The notes beneath the pieces were generated by a model. It saw only the letters and a list, made by a program, of their open reading frames with translations. It had not been told where the DNA came from and did no database searches. DNA of 64,000 nt from positions 71,520-135,519 of the forward strand of contig CAZUAE010000002.1 in assembly GCA_964618265.1 (NCBI GenBank), written 5' to 3'. This document shows positions 27,691-38,211 of the stretch, in pieces; within the stretch, counting starts at the first letter, position 1; every line of letters begins with the position of its first letter. The position numbers and the translations under genes are program-made. Origin of the DNA: an uncultured Spirochaetales bacterium (GTDB lineage: Bacteria; Spirochaetota; Spirochaetia; CAYLLE01).

Positions 27691-29250
27691 TTATTCCAAT
27701 TCTTGTAAGGTATCCGGAGACAACGATACAATTTCTCCCGTAGACATTTGTACGAATAAACGGCCCCGTGCCGGAACAATAGGGGTTAGGGGGTCTACCG
27801 TTACATTAGATGTAGCTATTAGGGAGAGGTCATCATTAAATTTCGCAAGGACCCATTCTCCATCATTTTGAGTCACACCAAATAGATACTCTTCCCGATT
27901 TAACAAGGTTGAATTTCGATATACCTGCCCTTCTCCCCTGCCTAAAACGGTAAGCATAATGGGATCTAATATAGTAAGAGTTCCCCATTTAGATTCTTCG
28001 GAATCCAGTGCGAGGACAATAACCTCCTCGTTTTTATACAAATAGGTTCTACCGGCAATGACAGCTGTTTCAGCAGAACGTTCAGTTTTTCCGGTTATTG
28101 TATCGTAGAAAACCATTCTGCTCACTGGACCGTATGGTGTGTCCCGGACAATCATAAAACGGATTCCCGATCCAGCTCCATATTGGGTTAATTCAATTTG
28201 GCCCGTCTCTTCCTCCATGACTGCCTGCTGATCTTCAGCGATTTCCTCCCGATCCTCCTGGATATCCTCCCGCCGTTCCTCAACCTCTTCTTCTTGGTCT
28301 CTCACTTGTTCCTGTTGTTCTTCCAGTTCTAAAGCAGCTTCGTCAATCTCTTCTTCTTCTTCCCTCAAAGCTTCTTCCCTTTCCTCCAACTCTGCTTCCT
28401 CTTCTTCCCGTTCCTCTTCGGTCAAATCTGCTTCTGATAAACGGTCCCGTTCTTCTTCTATTCCTTCCCTCTCTTCTCCCGCTTCTCTCTGTCTTTCCTC
28501 CAGTTGTTCCTCTAATTCTTTGACTTTTTCCTCTTCCTCTTCTAGTAATTCCTCCTCTTCCTCAAGAACTTTCTCTTTTAATTCCACCATTAATTTTCGG
28601 GTTTCAATGGCCATATCCGGACTTTCCCGAAGATTTTCTACAACCTTATCGGTAGATAATTCCATGGGTTCAATAATTTCTCCATTCCTGCTCAATGGAA
28701 TAACCATTTGGGTTTGTCCGGACCAATCGCTGTAAAGAGTAGAAATCCCCACCATATTAGGTTCGAGATAAGAAAGTACTAAAGGCTTATACGCGGACTC
28801 AAAAAAAGAGTAATCCTGACGATATACCGCATTGTAAATAGTTATGTAATAAGCTAAAAGGGAAGCTGTTGCCTCATCATATCCGTAATATTCAGATAGA
28901 TAAGAAGAGACTATTCGCCGAATATTATCTATATGATCAACTTGTGCTTCAGAGAGTATCATGAAAATATCAGCGTCAAAACCCTCTTCTGTATCCGGAT
29001 CCACCACATGGATAGTACGGTATTTCTCAAAGTATGTATAATCATCATCCTCCACAATTTGAGAAGCAATAAATGTGCCGATTCCAGTTATCTCATCAAC
29101 GGAGTCTATGGCTTCGTAAGGACCTTGATAATTCTGAAATTCTATTGCTGCTCCTTCTACACGCCTTAGTTCTTCTCTTGCCACATCCACTTCTTGTGCA
29201 AAAAGGGGTATTGATAGAACAAAAAGAATTAAGAGATATCGTTTCATCAA
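27691..29250 (-). CDS. P83/100-family spirochaete protein with a long Glu-rich coiled coil
   Basis: Signal peptide, VDHIDNIRRIVSSYL and LAYYITIYNAVYR motifs of the P83/100 N-terminus; about 120-aa Glu-rich tract. Confidence 0.8.
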   Translation of the reverse strand: MMKRYLLILFVLSIPLFAQEVDVAREELRRVEGAAIEFQNYQGPYEAIDSVDEITGIGTFIASQIVEDDDYTYFEKYRTIHVVDPDTEEGFDADIFMILSEAQVDHIDNIRRIVSSYLSEYYGYDEATASLLAYYITIYNAVYRQDYSFFESAYKPLVLSYLEPNMVGISTLYSDWSGQTQMVIPLSRNGEIIEPMELSTDKVVENLRESPDMAIETRKLMVELKEKVLEEEEELLEEEEEKVKELEEQLEERQREAGEEREGIEEERDRLSEADLTEEEREEEEAELEEREEALREEEEEIDEAALELEEQQEQVRDQEEEVEERREDIQEDREEIAEDQQAVMEEETGQIELTQYGAGSGIRFMIVRDTPYGPVSRMVFYDTITGKTERSAETAVIAGRTYLYKNEEVIVLALDSEESKWGTLTILDPIMLTVLGRGEGQVYRNSTLLNREEYLFGVTQNDGEWVLAKFNDDLSLIATSNVTVDPLTPIVPARGRLFVQMSTGEIVSLSPDTLQELE

Positions 29251-29274
29251 ATTTTGCCTCCCTTTAGATTTTTA

Positions 29275-31011
29275 CTAATATTTCTGTATTTCCCTGATAA
29301 TATCAAGGGCAGATTTCCTTGTTTCCTTATTAAATCCATTTTGAATAATCATCATAAGTATAGTAATAATATTTTCTGTATGACTGTTACCATGGTATGA
29401 AAAAATTGCCCATGCTGCAGAAATTGCGGCACTTGCTATTTCGTTACTGGGTACTGATTTTTTTATTTCATTTTCTATAAAACCTTTAATCTGGATTGAT
29501 ACCGCAAAATTGCGGTCTCTCCGCAAAGCAGCAAACCCCCTTAAAATCCCCTGTTTTGCGAGACCGTCATATTCATATCCAGCATAATTTATTAGAGTTT
29601 TACGTTCATCATTTCCGCCGATTAACCCCAGGAGATAGGCAGCTTCACCTCTGACGCGGGGGAAATCTTTCGAGCCAAGCCTTCTTTCAGTATCCTTTTT
29701 CCATAATTCTGTAAAAAGATAACGTAAAATCTCTGCATAATATTTTCTGTTGATTCTAAAATCAGATTCATTCATCCTTTTTCTTATGGTGGAAATAACT
29801 GTTAACTTTTCTTGTTCAGAGTCCGATTTTGCCTGATTCAGAAGAAAAAAATATTCCAATGGAGGATCCCACGGGTCATGCCGGATTTTTATTTTTCCCG
29901 GAGCCCAACCGGATAAATGAGAATCGCTTCTATAATTCTTCCATCCTAAGTAGTCCATTACCGGAATAGCTACCTTATATACCGCCCAGTTAGAAGCCGT
30001 TACATATACCGCACCGTTGCCGTCCGTTACAGGATACATAAGTGTTGACGGCATATCGGTAAGGTATTCCCATCTCAGCCTTATTTCTCCGTTTTGGTGC
30101 TGCACGATCTGCATTTTACCATCATCGGTACAAATAAAAAAGCTGTCGTTATTTACAGAGACCATGCCTGTTATCTTTGAATTTTTCAGTTTCCAGTTAT
30201 AGACAGTATAATCATCATTGGAGACAAAAAAAGCTTCGCCGTTTGACAAAATACCGGCTGTAAAATCATTTGTCCAAATAAGGCGGTTAATAGAATGCTC
30301 TGCCAGGTTGATTAGATCCTTTGGAATATCAGATTCAATTGTTATCAACTCACCTGTCTTCATACCTGCGTATATTATTCCGGAGCTGTCACATGCAAGG
30401 GACGTAATTCTTTTATTCAGAACTATTGGTGATAAGATTATGCCGTCCAAGGTTACAATTTGTATAGTATTATTTTTTAAAGGGATGAGTATTCTGCCGG
30501 AAGAATCAAGTATTGGAGACAGTATAATTTCTTTGGAAAATGCGTGTTCCCATAGAAGGAAACCGCCTGGAGTGACTGCTGTCATGGTTCCACAGGACGA
30601 GAAGAGATAGACAATTCCATTCGGGCCTTCCAATGAAAAAAGTTGGTTTCCATCTCCTTCTTTTTCATACTTCCATACCATTCTTCCGGAAGGATTAATG
30701 AAAATCAATGCACCCCCCGTTAAACCGGTCAGCATATTCCCATCCTTTATAGCTGTAAGCACAGGTATAGGTTTCTTTTCCGTGTATGTTTTACTTAAAA
30801 CAGAACCGGAACTTGAAACGGTATAAAGATTTCTATCATCACATAAAAAAAATACATTTCCTTTTTCATTAATTATTGGATTTGTAATACACTTCCCTCC
30901 CAGAACGGTATACCATTCCAGATAGTGCTTTACTGTTTCTTGCGATTGCAGTGAGAAAATTATAATAACTGTATTAAGAAAAATAATAAAAACTTTTGTT
31001 TTTCCCGTCAC
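29275..31011 (-). CDS. Exported PQQ-like beta-propeller plus HEAT-repeat protein
   Basis: Likely GTG start at 31011 giving a signal peptide. Repeated W-terminated blades (MVWKY, LLWEH, LRWEY). HEAT-like VRGEAAYLLGLIG. Confidence 0.65.
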   Translation of the reverse strand: MTGKTKVFIIFLNTVIIIFSLQSQETVKHYLEWYTVLGGKCITNPIINEKGNVFFLCDDRNLYTVSSSGSVLSKTYTEKKPIPVLTAIKDGNMLTGLTGGALIFINPSGRMVWKYEKEGDGNQLFSLEGPNGIVYLFSSCGTMTAVTPGGFLLWEHAFSKEIILSPILDSSGRILIPLKNNTIQIVTLDGIILSPIVLNKRITSLACDSSGIIYAGMKTGELITIESDIPKDLINLAEHSINRLIWTNDFTAGILSNGEAFFVSNDDYTVYNWKLKNSKITGMVSVNNDSFFICTDDGKMQIVQHQNGEIRLRWEYLTDMPSTLMYPVTDGNGAVYVTASNWAVYKVAIPVMDYLGWKNYRSDSHLSGWAPGKIKIRHDPWDPPLEYFFLLNQAKSDSEQEKLTVISTIRKRMNESDFRINRKYYAEILRYLFTELWKKDTERRLGSKDFPRVRGEAAYLLGLIGGNDERKTLINYAGYEYDGLAKQGILRGFAALRRDRNFAVSIQIKGFIENEIKKSVPSNEIASAAISAAWAIFSYHGNSHTENIITILMMIIQNGFNKETRKSALDIIREIQKY

Positions 31012-31042
31012 ATCACCGATTATAACACATAGATATAAGGAT

Positions 31043-31753
31043 TTATTCCAAGATATACTGATAAATCTCTTTTTGAAGCTCCAATATATCAGGATGATAT
31101 GGATTGCGTTCTTCATGGATTACCGGATTTTTAAAACTCTTTTCTATACGGGTAGGACATGGAGTCATTATAAGAATTTCATCTCCCAACATTACAGATT
31201 CAATAACATCATGAGTTACAAATATCCCGGTACGGGATTCCATGTTCCATAGATGCTCAAAATCTTTTATCAGAGAAATCTTTAGAGGTAAATCCAACCC
31301 ACGGAAAGGCTCATCTAAGAGTATAGCGGAAGCTGGATAAGAAAATGCACGAGCAAGAGACACCCGCTGTTTCATTCCTCCAGATAGTTGGAAAGGGAGG
31401 AAGTCCTTATACTTATCAATTCTAAGTATTTTAAGTATTTTCATTAGGGTTTTTTTCTGATCATTTTTATTGGCAGCTTTCGGCATCACAACTTCTACAT
31501 TTTCAAGAACTGATCTCCATGGGAAAAGAAGAGGATCTTGAAAAACCATAGAAATATTACCATCCGAGCATTCGATCTTTCCGCTATCCGGTTTTATCAA
31601 ATGAGCTATTATTTTTAATAGAGTAGTTTTACCGCAACCAGAAGGTCCAAGAATGGCGGTTACCCTTTCCGGCGGGAAAGATACAGATAGGTTATCGATA
31701 ACGGTAAGTTCACCGTAAGATTTCTTTAGATTAGCGACATCTATTCCCTTCAC
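31043..31753 (-). CDS. ABC transporter ATP-binding protein (NitT/TauT family)
   Basis: GPSGCGKTT, LSGGMKQR, LLDEPF, VTHD. Confidence 0.9.
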   Translation of the reverse strand: MKGIDVANLKKSYGELTVIDNLSVSFPPERVTAILGPSGCGKTTLLKIIAHLIKPDSGKIECSDGNISMVFQDPLLFPWRSVLENVEVVMPKAANKNDQKKTLMKILKILRIDKYKDFLPFQLSGGMKQRVSLARAFSYPASAILLDEPFRGLDLPLKISLIKDFEHLWNMESRTGIFVTHDVIESVMLGDEILIMTPCPTRIEKSFKNPVIHEERNPYHPDILELQKEIYQYILE

Positions 31754-32538
31754 AGTTCTATTTTCCTTATCTTAGCAAGTATAGTAAACAGAATATCAGC
31801 AAAAGCACTCAGCAAAACCGCTATTAAAGTCCAGGCAAATACTCCTGAGGTATCGAGATAAACCCGCGATTCCTGAAGTCCTGCCCCGATTCCTAATTGA
31901 GGACTGCTCAAAACTTCTGCGGCGACAACAGCTTTCCAAGATAATCCAAGTCCGGTAGATCCCCCGGCCAACAGAAACGGGTAAATAGAAGGTAAAATCA
32001 AGTGACGAATGCGGGAAATGCGGGTAAAATTAAATAAGACAGTCATTTCGTAAAGGTTTTTATCGATAGATTGAATTCCGTGGATAATATTTACACAGAT
32101 TATTGGAAATGACATAAGACCAGCAGTAAGAATAGGGACATTGGAACTGCTTAACCAAAAAAGGGCAATAAGAATAAAAGAAACAACCGGTGTTGAACGA
32201 ACTAAGATAATAAATGGTTTAAAAAAGATGTTAAATGACTTTTTCGATCCCGCCGCAGTACCTATTAATATCCCCGCGGCAAGTGATACACCGAAAGCAG
32301 CCAGTCCCCTCCAAAAAGTGAAATAAACGGATTTCCAAAAAAATTTATTCTGTATTATACTGTAGAGCGCTTTAATGGTCTCCTTAGGTGTAGGAAGTAT
32401 TATCTCTTGTCCAACCAATCTTGCCGCAATAATCCATATGAGAATAATCGCAGCTGTGCCTGTAATAACAGGAAATACGGTTCCAGCTTTAATAAATCCT
32501 TGATTTTCTTTTTTTCTCTTAAGGATTTTATAACACAT
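31750..32538 (-). CDS. ABC transporter permease (NitT/TauT family)
   Basis: ILPTPKET, RSTPVVSFI, EAA-loop-like IDKNLYEM, WKAVVAAE. Confidence 0.88.
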   Translation of the reverse strand: MCYKILKRKKENQGFIKAGTVFPVITGTAAIILIWIIAARLVGQEIILPTPKETIKALYSIIQNKFFWKSVYFTFWRGLAAFGVSLAAGILIGTAAGSKKSFNIFFKPFIILVRSTPVVSFILIALFWLSSSNVPILTAGLMSFPIICVNIIHGIQSIDKNLYEMTVLFNFTRISRIRHLILPSIYPFLLAGGSTGLGLSWKAVVAAEVLSSPQLGIGAGLQESRVYLDTSGVFAWTLIAVLLSAFADILFTILAKIRKIEL

Positions 32539-32568
32539 TAACTTTTTGCTTCCACCGGTTTAGAACCT

Positions 32569-33807
32569 TTAGGTAAGAACTATTTTAAAATACCGTTTCT
32601 TGCCCGCCCGAAGCATAATTGTATCATCTTTAATCCAAGTACTGTCTATGACCGCATCTCCAGCGGTTATTTTAATATCATTTATTTTTCCGCCGCCCTG
32701 TTTTATAAGACGTCTGGCTTCGCTTTTCGATGCACACAACTCACTCATAGCGAATAACTCTACCGCTTCTATTCCGGCATCCAATTGGGAACGTGAGAGA
32801 GTAAGAGAAGGAATTGAATCTGTATCCTGTGTTGTGCCGGCATAAAAAACTTTTTTTGAGGAATCTCTTGCCTTTTCAGCTTCCTCTTCCCCATGAACTA
32901 TTTTAGTTACCTCGTAGGCCAACAGCTCCTTCCCCCGGTTTATTTCTTTATCCTTCAGGCTTCCCAGCTCTCTACACATCTCTTCCTCCAAAAATGTAAA
33001 TAGTAAAAGCATTTTTTCCACATCCGCGTCAGGAATATTGCGCCAGTACTGGAAAAAATCATATGGTGTAGTAACCTCCGGATCAAGAAACAATGCACCT
33101 TTTTCAGTTTTACCCATTTTTTTACCATCCGCCCGAGTTACCAGATTAAACGTTAATCCAAAAACTTCATTTCCCGTCACCCTTCTGGTTAGATCAATAC
33201 CGGCAACTATGTTACCCCATTGGTCATCTCCACCAAGCTGAAGGGTACAGTTGTGTCTCTGATTAAGAGTCAAAAAATCGTATGCCTGAAGCAGCTGGTA
33301 GTTGAACTCGATAAAGGAGAGTCCGGATTCCAGACGCATCTTATAGGTTTCAAAACTCAGCATTCTGTTAACTGAAAAGTGTCTTCCGATTTCCCGTAAG
33401 AAATCGATATAGTTTAGCGGCGCAAGCCATTCCGCATTGTCCAGTAGTAAAGCCTTTGAGTTACTAAAATCGATGAATCGGGAGATCTGTTTTTTCTGGC
33501 GCTTTATGTTCTCTCTAATTTGTTCGATAGAGAGTATTTTCCGCATTTCCGTCTTACCCGAAGGGTCTCCTATTCTAGCGGTACCTCCCCCTACCAAAGC
33601 TATTGGTTTATGACCTGCATTCTGAAGATGTGCCATTGCTATAAGCGGCACCATATGTCCTATATGTAAACTCGGTCCGGTCGGGTCAAAACCCGCATAT
33701 AGGGTGACCGATTCATTTGACATGAGTTCATCCAGTTTTTCAGGATCACTGCACTGCTTTGTGAATCCTCTTTTTTGTAGTGTTTCTAAGCTGGAAGTAA
33801 ATCTCAT
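32569..33807 (-). CDS. tyrS: Tyrosyl-tRNA synthetase
   Basis: YAGFDPT, HIGH, GGDDQWGNI, KMGKT, C-terminal S4 domain. Confidence 0.97.
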   Translation of the reverse strand: MRFTSSLETLQKRGFTKQCSDPEKLDELMSNESVTLYAGFDPTGPSLHIGHMVPLIAMAHLQNAGHKPIALVGGGTARIGDPSGKTEMRKILSIEQIRENIKRQKKQISRFIDFSNSKALLLDNAEWLAPLNYIDFLREIGRHFSVNRMLSFETYKMRLESGLSFIEFNYQLLQAYDFLTLNQRHNCTLQLGGDDQWGNIVAGIDLTRRVTGNEVFGLTFNLVTRADGKKMGKTEKGALFLDPEVTTPYDFFQYWRNIPDADVEKMLLLFTFLEEEMCRELGSLKDKEINRGKELLAYEVTKIVHGEEEAEKARDSSKKVFYAGTTQDTDSIPSLTLSRSQLDAGIEAVELFAMSELCASKSEARRLIKQGGGKINDIKITAGDAVIDSTWIKDDTIMLRAGKKRYFKIVLT

Positions 33808-35138
33808 TAGGATCTCCTGTAATTTTTCATTTCCTTCTTAATCCTCGATACAAGTTCATCGCGCCGCAAACGCACTTGTTCCATTGAGTCTCTAAACCGG
33901 AGAGTCACAGTATTATCTTCTTTCGTTTGATAATCAATTGTAATGCAGTAGGGGGTACCAACCTCATCCTGTCTCCTATACCTTCTCCCTATTGCACCGC
34001 CCTTATCATAAAAGACTGAATAATATTCTCTGAGTTCTCCTTCGATTTCTCTTGCCAATTCCGCAAGACCGTCTTTTTTTACAAGAGGAAAAACTCCTAC
34101 CGTAATTGGTGCAATTTCAGGATGAAACCGGAGAACGGTCCGTTTCTCACCCTTAACCTCTTCCTCATCATAAGCATCGGAAAGAACCATCAAGACACTT
34201 CTGGTTAAACCGGCTGAAGTTTCAATGATGTAAGGGATATAACGTTCTCTTGTTTGATCATCTAAATAGGTAAGGTCTTTTCCGGTGTATTCATTGTGAC
34301 GTTTTAAGTCAAAATCGGTCCGGTTATGGATACCTTCCAGTTCAGACCATCCAAAAGGGAAATTATACTCTATATCAAATGCGTTTTTTGCATAGTGAGC
34401 AAGTTCATTCTCACTATGGGCTTTTAACCGTATGTTTTCCTTTTTGATACCTAATTTGTAATAAAATTCTTCCCGATTATTCTTCCAGTATTCGAACCAT
34501 TTCTCATCGTTCGAAGGATGCACAAAGAACTGCATTTCCATCTGCTCAAATTCGCACGTCCTGAAGATAAAGCTTTTTGTAGTAATTTCATTACGAAAAG
34601 CCTTTCCAACTTGTGCTATTCCAAAGGGAACCTTTAATCGGGAAGTTTGAAGAACATTTTTATAATTCACGTAAATTCCTTGGGCGGTTTCAGGCCGTAA
34701 AAATATTGTTGCGCCTTCCTCATCTACCGGACCCATGGTGGTTTTGAACATTAAGTTAAAATTCCGGGCTTCGGTTAATTCCCCTCCGCACTCCGGACAT
34801 GTTCGCCCACTGATACTATCCTCAGGAAGCTGATCCTCCCGAAATCGCTGCTTGCACGACTTGCAGTCCACCAAAGGATCGGTGAAATTTTCAACATGAC
34901 CGGAAGCTTGCCATACTCGTGGATGCATCATTATAGCAGCATCTAATCCGACGATATTATCGTGCAGCTGCGTCATGTCACGCCACCAAAAATTTTTTAT
35001 GTTATTTTTAAGTTCAACCCCCAAAGGCCCGTAATCCCACGCGGAGGACAAACCTCCATAAATTTCAGAAGATTGAAATACGAAACCGCGTCGTTTCGCA
35101 AGTGATACCAGCATATCCATTGTAAGATTATTTGCCAT
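33807..35138 (-). CDS. glyQS: Glycyl-tRNA synthetase, homodimeric (alpha2) type
   Basis: LRPETAQG, GKAFRNEI, FRTCEFEQME, ELEGIHNRTDFDL, IGRRYRRQDEVGTP. Confidence 0.96.
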   Translation of the reverse strand: MANNLTMDMLVSLAKRRGFVFQSSEIYGGLSSAWDYGPLGVELKNNIKNFWWRDMTQLHDNIVGLDAAIMMHPRVWQASGHVENFTDPLVDCKSCKQRFREDQLPEDSISGRTCPECGGELTEARNFNLMFKTTMGPVDEEGATIFLRPETAQGIYVNYKNVLQTSRLKVPFGIAQVGKAFRNEITTKSFIFRTCEFEQMEMQFFVHPSNDEKWFEYWKNNREEFYYKLGIKKENIRLKAHSENELAHYAKNAFDIEYNFPFGWSELEGIHNRTDFDLKRHNEYTGKDLTYLDDQTRERYIPYIIETSAGLTRSVLMVLSDAYDEEEVKGEKRTVLRFHPEIAPITVGVFPLVKKDGLAELAREIEGELREYYSVFYDKGGAIGRRYRRQDEVGTPYCITIDYQTKEDNTVTLRFRDSMEQVRLRRDELVSRIKKEMKNYRRS

Positions 35139-35151
35139 TATGTTTTTCCTT

Positions 35152-36615
35152 TCATGCTAATTTAGCTTTTGCAGCCCGAACTCTCTTTAGTGCTTCTTCG
35201 TAACCTAAGATTTGTATGGATTCAAAAAGTGGTGGAGAAACATTCGATCCGGTTAATGCAACTCTTAAGGGCATTAAAAATTGTCCTAACTTGATCCCGA
35301 GATCTTTCGACCGTTGTCTCACGATCTGTTCATTCTCTTCATCGGTATTTTGGAAAAAATCTTCAAGGATCTCCTCCATAGAACTCAAAGCATCCTTTGC
35401 ACTTGCTGCATCTCCTTTCTTTGGAATAAGACTTTCTGCCGTGTATTCTTTTACATCCTTAAACAAAAATGATACTAATTCCGGTGCTTGTGACAATAAT
35501 CTAAGCCGCTCTTTAATCAAAGGTACAGCTGCTTTAAGTGTTTTCTTCTCTTCATCGGTTGGGAGATCTGATATAAGGCTTGCTTTTTGACAGTAAGGCA
35601 AAATCAATGAATAAAGTTCTTCATCATTCTTTTCCCGAATATACACTCCGTTAAACCACTGTAGTTTCTGATAATCGAATACCGCCGGAGACTTATTTAT
35701 CTTGTCTAAAGAAAACAGGTTTTCAAGATCAGCCTTCGAAAAGATCTCTCGGGAATCATCATAAGACCATCCTAACAGCATAACATAATTTATTAAGGCC
35801 TCTGGGAGATAGCCCTGCTCTCGGAATTCTATAATGCTGGTAGCTCCATGGCGCTTTGATAATTTTTGTCCATCAGGACCCAGTACATAGGGAAGGTGAC
35901 AAAATATCGGCGGCTTCCATCCGAGGGCCTTATATATTAAAACGTACAGCGGTGTAGAGGGAACATATTCTTGACCACGAAATATATGAGTGATATTCAT
36001 AAGGTGGTCATCGATCACATTCGCAAAATTATAGGTGGGATATCCATCAGCCTTAATCATTATAGGATCAGGGCTAAGGTCTGCATTTGCCTTGGTTATT
36101 TTCCCTAATATTGCATCTTCATATGATGTTTCACCCGAGAGAGGCACCTTAAAACGTATTACGCAGGTTCTTCCCTCCTCTTCGAACTTTTGCTGTCCTT
36201 CCTTAGAAAGATTCCGATGCCTCCTGTCATACCCAATTGCCTTTCCCGCCTTACTTTGCTCAGCCCTGAGAATTTCCAGCTCTTCAGGGGTGGTATAACA
36301 CTTATAAGCATACCCTGAAGCAATAAGCTGCTCCCCATACCCGGTGTACAGCTCTTTCCTTTCAGATTGGACATAGGAACCGTAATTCCCGCCTTTATCC
36401 GGACCTTCGTCCCAATCTATTTCAAGCCAATGAAACGTGTCATAAATATCTTGTAATGATCGCGGGTCGAATCGTTCCCGATCTGTATCTTCGATACGAA
36501 GGATAAACTTACCATTTTGACTTCGGGCAAAAAAGTAATCAAAAAGTGCTGTTCTTATTCCTCCGATATGCTGCAAGCCCGTTGGTGACGGAGCATACCG
36601 TACCCTTGTACTCAT
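35152..36615 (-). CDS. gltX: Glutamyl-tRNA synthetase
   Basis: RYAPSPTG, HIGG, LRIEDTD, KLSKRHG, PLRVALTG. Confidence 0.97.
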   Translation of the reverse strand: MSTRVRYAPSPTGLQHIGGIRTALFDYFFARSQNGKFILRIEDTDRERFDPRSLQDIYDTFHWLEIDWDEGPDKGGNYGSYVQSERKELYTGYGEQLIASGYAYKCYTTPEELEILRAEQSKAGKAIGYDRRHRNLSKEGQQKFEEEGRTCVIRFKVPLSGETSYEDAILGKITKANADLSPDPIMIKADGYPTYNFANVIDDHLMNITHIFRGQEYVPSTPLYVLIYKALGWKPPIFCHLPYVLGPDGQKLSKRHGATSIIEFREQGYLPEALINYVMLLGWSYDDSREIFSKADLENLFSLDKINKSPAVFDYQKLQWFNGVYIREKNDEELYSLILPYCQKASLISDLPTDEEKKTLKAAVPLIKERLRLLSQAPELVSFLFKDVKEYTAESLIPKKGDAASAKDALSSMEEILEDFFQNTDEENEQIVRQRSKDLGIKLGQFLMPLRVALTGSNVSPPLFESIQILGYEEALKRVRAAKAKLA

Positions 36616-36658
36616 CTTTCTAATCCTTTTTTAATAAATTGAATTGATATTGTGGGTT

Positions 36659-36688
36659 ATTATATAGAAGCTAAAAGGAGACCGTCAA
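36659..36688 (-). promoter_or_regulatory. sigma70 promoter of the gltX-glyQS-tyrS run
   Basis: TTGACG-N18-TATAAT, about 45 nt upstream of the gltX ATG. Confidence 0.6.
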
Positions 36689-36708
36689 GGCAACTGCTGG
36701 GAGTTACA

Positions 36709-36845
36709 GCAATTCTAAATTTGCAATTTAGAATTGCCTTCTTCATAAGATAGATGGGGAAATTCTCATTTTATTCGATTGTTTTATGTCTAATTCTATA
36801 AAATCAAGCTGTTTCTGTTGCCTGATGGGATAAAATCAGAATACC
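36709..36845 (+). repeat. Dispersed repeat, full copy (A+B+C)
   Basis: GCAATTCTAAATTTGCAATTTAGAATTGC (perfect 12-bp palindrome arms), then GAAATTCTCATTTTATTC...ATAAAATCAGAATACC. Confidence 0.88.
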
Positions 36846-36892
36846 TCCGGGAGTTAAAAATTCTTCGGAGTCTGAATACTGAGTATCAGGAA

Positions 36893-38191
36893 TCAAATAC
36901 CCTTTGCGTTATCAAAGTCCAATATATTTTTCAGAGTATCATTTATCTTAATAACCAACTCCTTTAAATCTTTCCCAATATATTCGCTGCCAAATAGTAT
37001 TGCTACAGTTTTCGATGAATTGATATTTATTAAAATGGATTTTCCCTCAACGGTTATTTTCTTTTCTGAAGGAGATATGAAATAGGTATAGAGAATGTTA
37101 TCGAGCTGATCGGTATATTCCACTCTCCTCTCAGTTCCCCGGGTCATAGATTTCATCTGCCAGGGATGTCCGACTCCGAGGGATTGAGCGTTGATCCATA
37201 AAGTCGGAATCTGATTTCGAGTAAAAAAAGCATTCGTCTGCAACAAATTATCGAGATACTCGAGATAATTACCGGCTTCCAACAATTGTACCGCCTTAAG
37301 TATCTCATTATTATTCAAATTCAATAATTCATCTTTAAAAAAGGCAGAAACATTTCTCAGTCCTGTTGTAAAACTCCACTGCAACGAAATATTCCCATGA
37401 TCTTTGATTGTAAAATCAGCTTCTACCTTATAAATTGTATACCGTTCCAATTTTCTTTTTGGAATACAAGCTGCGGATGTTGTTAGTAAGTTATCGTTCC
37501 CGGGATGAATTACCCATGAATCGATTTTATTACCACTATCATCATATATATTAAATCTATTTAAGATAAGTTTTGCTCTATCCCGCCACGGCTGTACTGT
37601 AATTGTAACGGGATATCCTGACAGATTACTGCGATCGGGACGGGGATTTGGTGATTCACCGCCGAATGCAATAGGAACTCCATATTGACCGTTGGTAGGA
37701 TATATTGAGTATTTGATTTCATCTGTACCAGGAGAAGCTACCGCGTAATTCATCACATCGAAAGATTTTTTAGAGTTCGTGCCGCGTCCGTATCCTGCTT
37801 CCAGCAGTTTGGGCATCATAATCGGAAAACGATGATATACACTGTCAATCCAAGAATCGACTGCACCTTCCGGATTTCCAAGATAACTTACATTTTCATA
37901 AATACCCGGGAAATCGTATCCCGTTTTTCTTGTTCGGTCCCAAGGGGCTCTTCCGGTAAATCCTCTCGCACCGGGAGATTCATAGTGTCCCATGACATTG
38001 TGCAAAGCCAAGTATCTAGCATGAGCTTCCGCAGCAAGCTTCAATTTTTCATTGTGCTCAATCACATCGAGATTATCGAGTTTCCGATACTGATTAACCC
38101 GCAGAACAGCTCTTTCAGATTCATTCTGCCCATATGCTGTGAAGGATAAAATAGTCATTAGAATTAGTATGATTTTTCTATGCATCCGCAA
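36893..38191 (-). CDS. CAP/SCP-domain exported protein
   Basis: Signal peptide, VNQYRK, AAEAHARY, GHYE, ENV, WIDSVYHR, EAGYG; Ig-like YPTNGQ domain. Confidence 0.8.
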   Translation of the reverse strand: MRMHRKIILILMTILSFTAYGQNESERAVLRVNQYRKLDNLDVIEHNEKLKLAAEAHARYLALHNVMGHYESPGARGFTGRAPWDRTRKTGYDFPGIYENVSYLGNPEGAVDSWIDSVYHRFPIMMPKLLEAGYGRGTNSKKSFDVMNYAVASPGTDEIKYSIYPTNGQYGVPIAFGGESPNPRPDRSNLSGYPVTITVQPWRDRAKLILNRFNIYDDSGNKIDSWVIHPGNDNLLTTSAACIPKRKLERYTIYKVEADFTIKDHGNISLQWSFTTGLRNVSAFFKDELLNLNNNEILKAVQLLEAGNYLEYLDNLLQTNAFFTRNQIPTLWINAQSLGVGHPWQMKSMTRGTERRVEYTDQLDNILYTYFISPSEKKITVEGKSILININSSKTVAILFGSEYIGKDLKELVIKINDTLKNILDFDNAKGI

Positions 38192-38211
38192 GCATCTCTT
38201 TTTAAAAGGTA

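Noticed and set aside
31012-31116. ORF-track start of the PQQ/HEAT gene overlapping the ABC ATPase by 74 nt
   Set aside because: The GTG at 31011 gives a clean signal peptide and removes the overlap.
36616-36892. T-box leader for the gltX-glyQS-tyrS cluster
   Set aside because: No T-box consensus or antiterminator is visible. The promoter lies only about 45 nt from the gltX start and the rest of the gap is the repeat.
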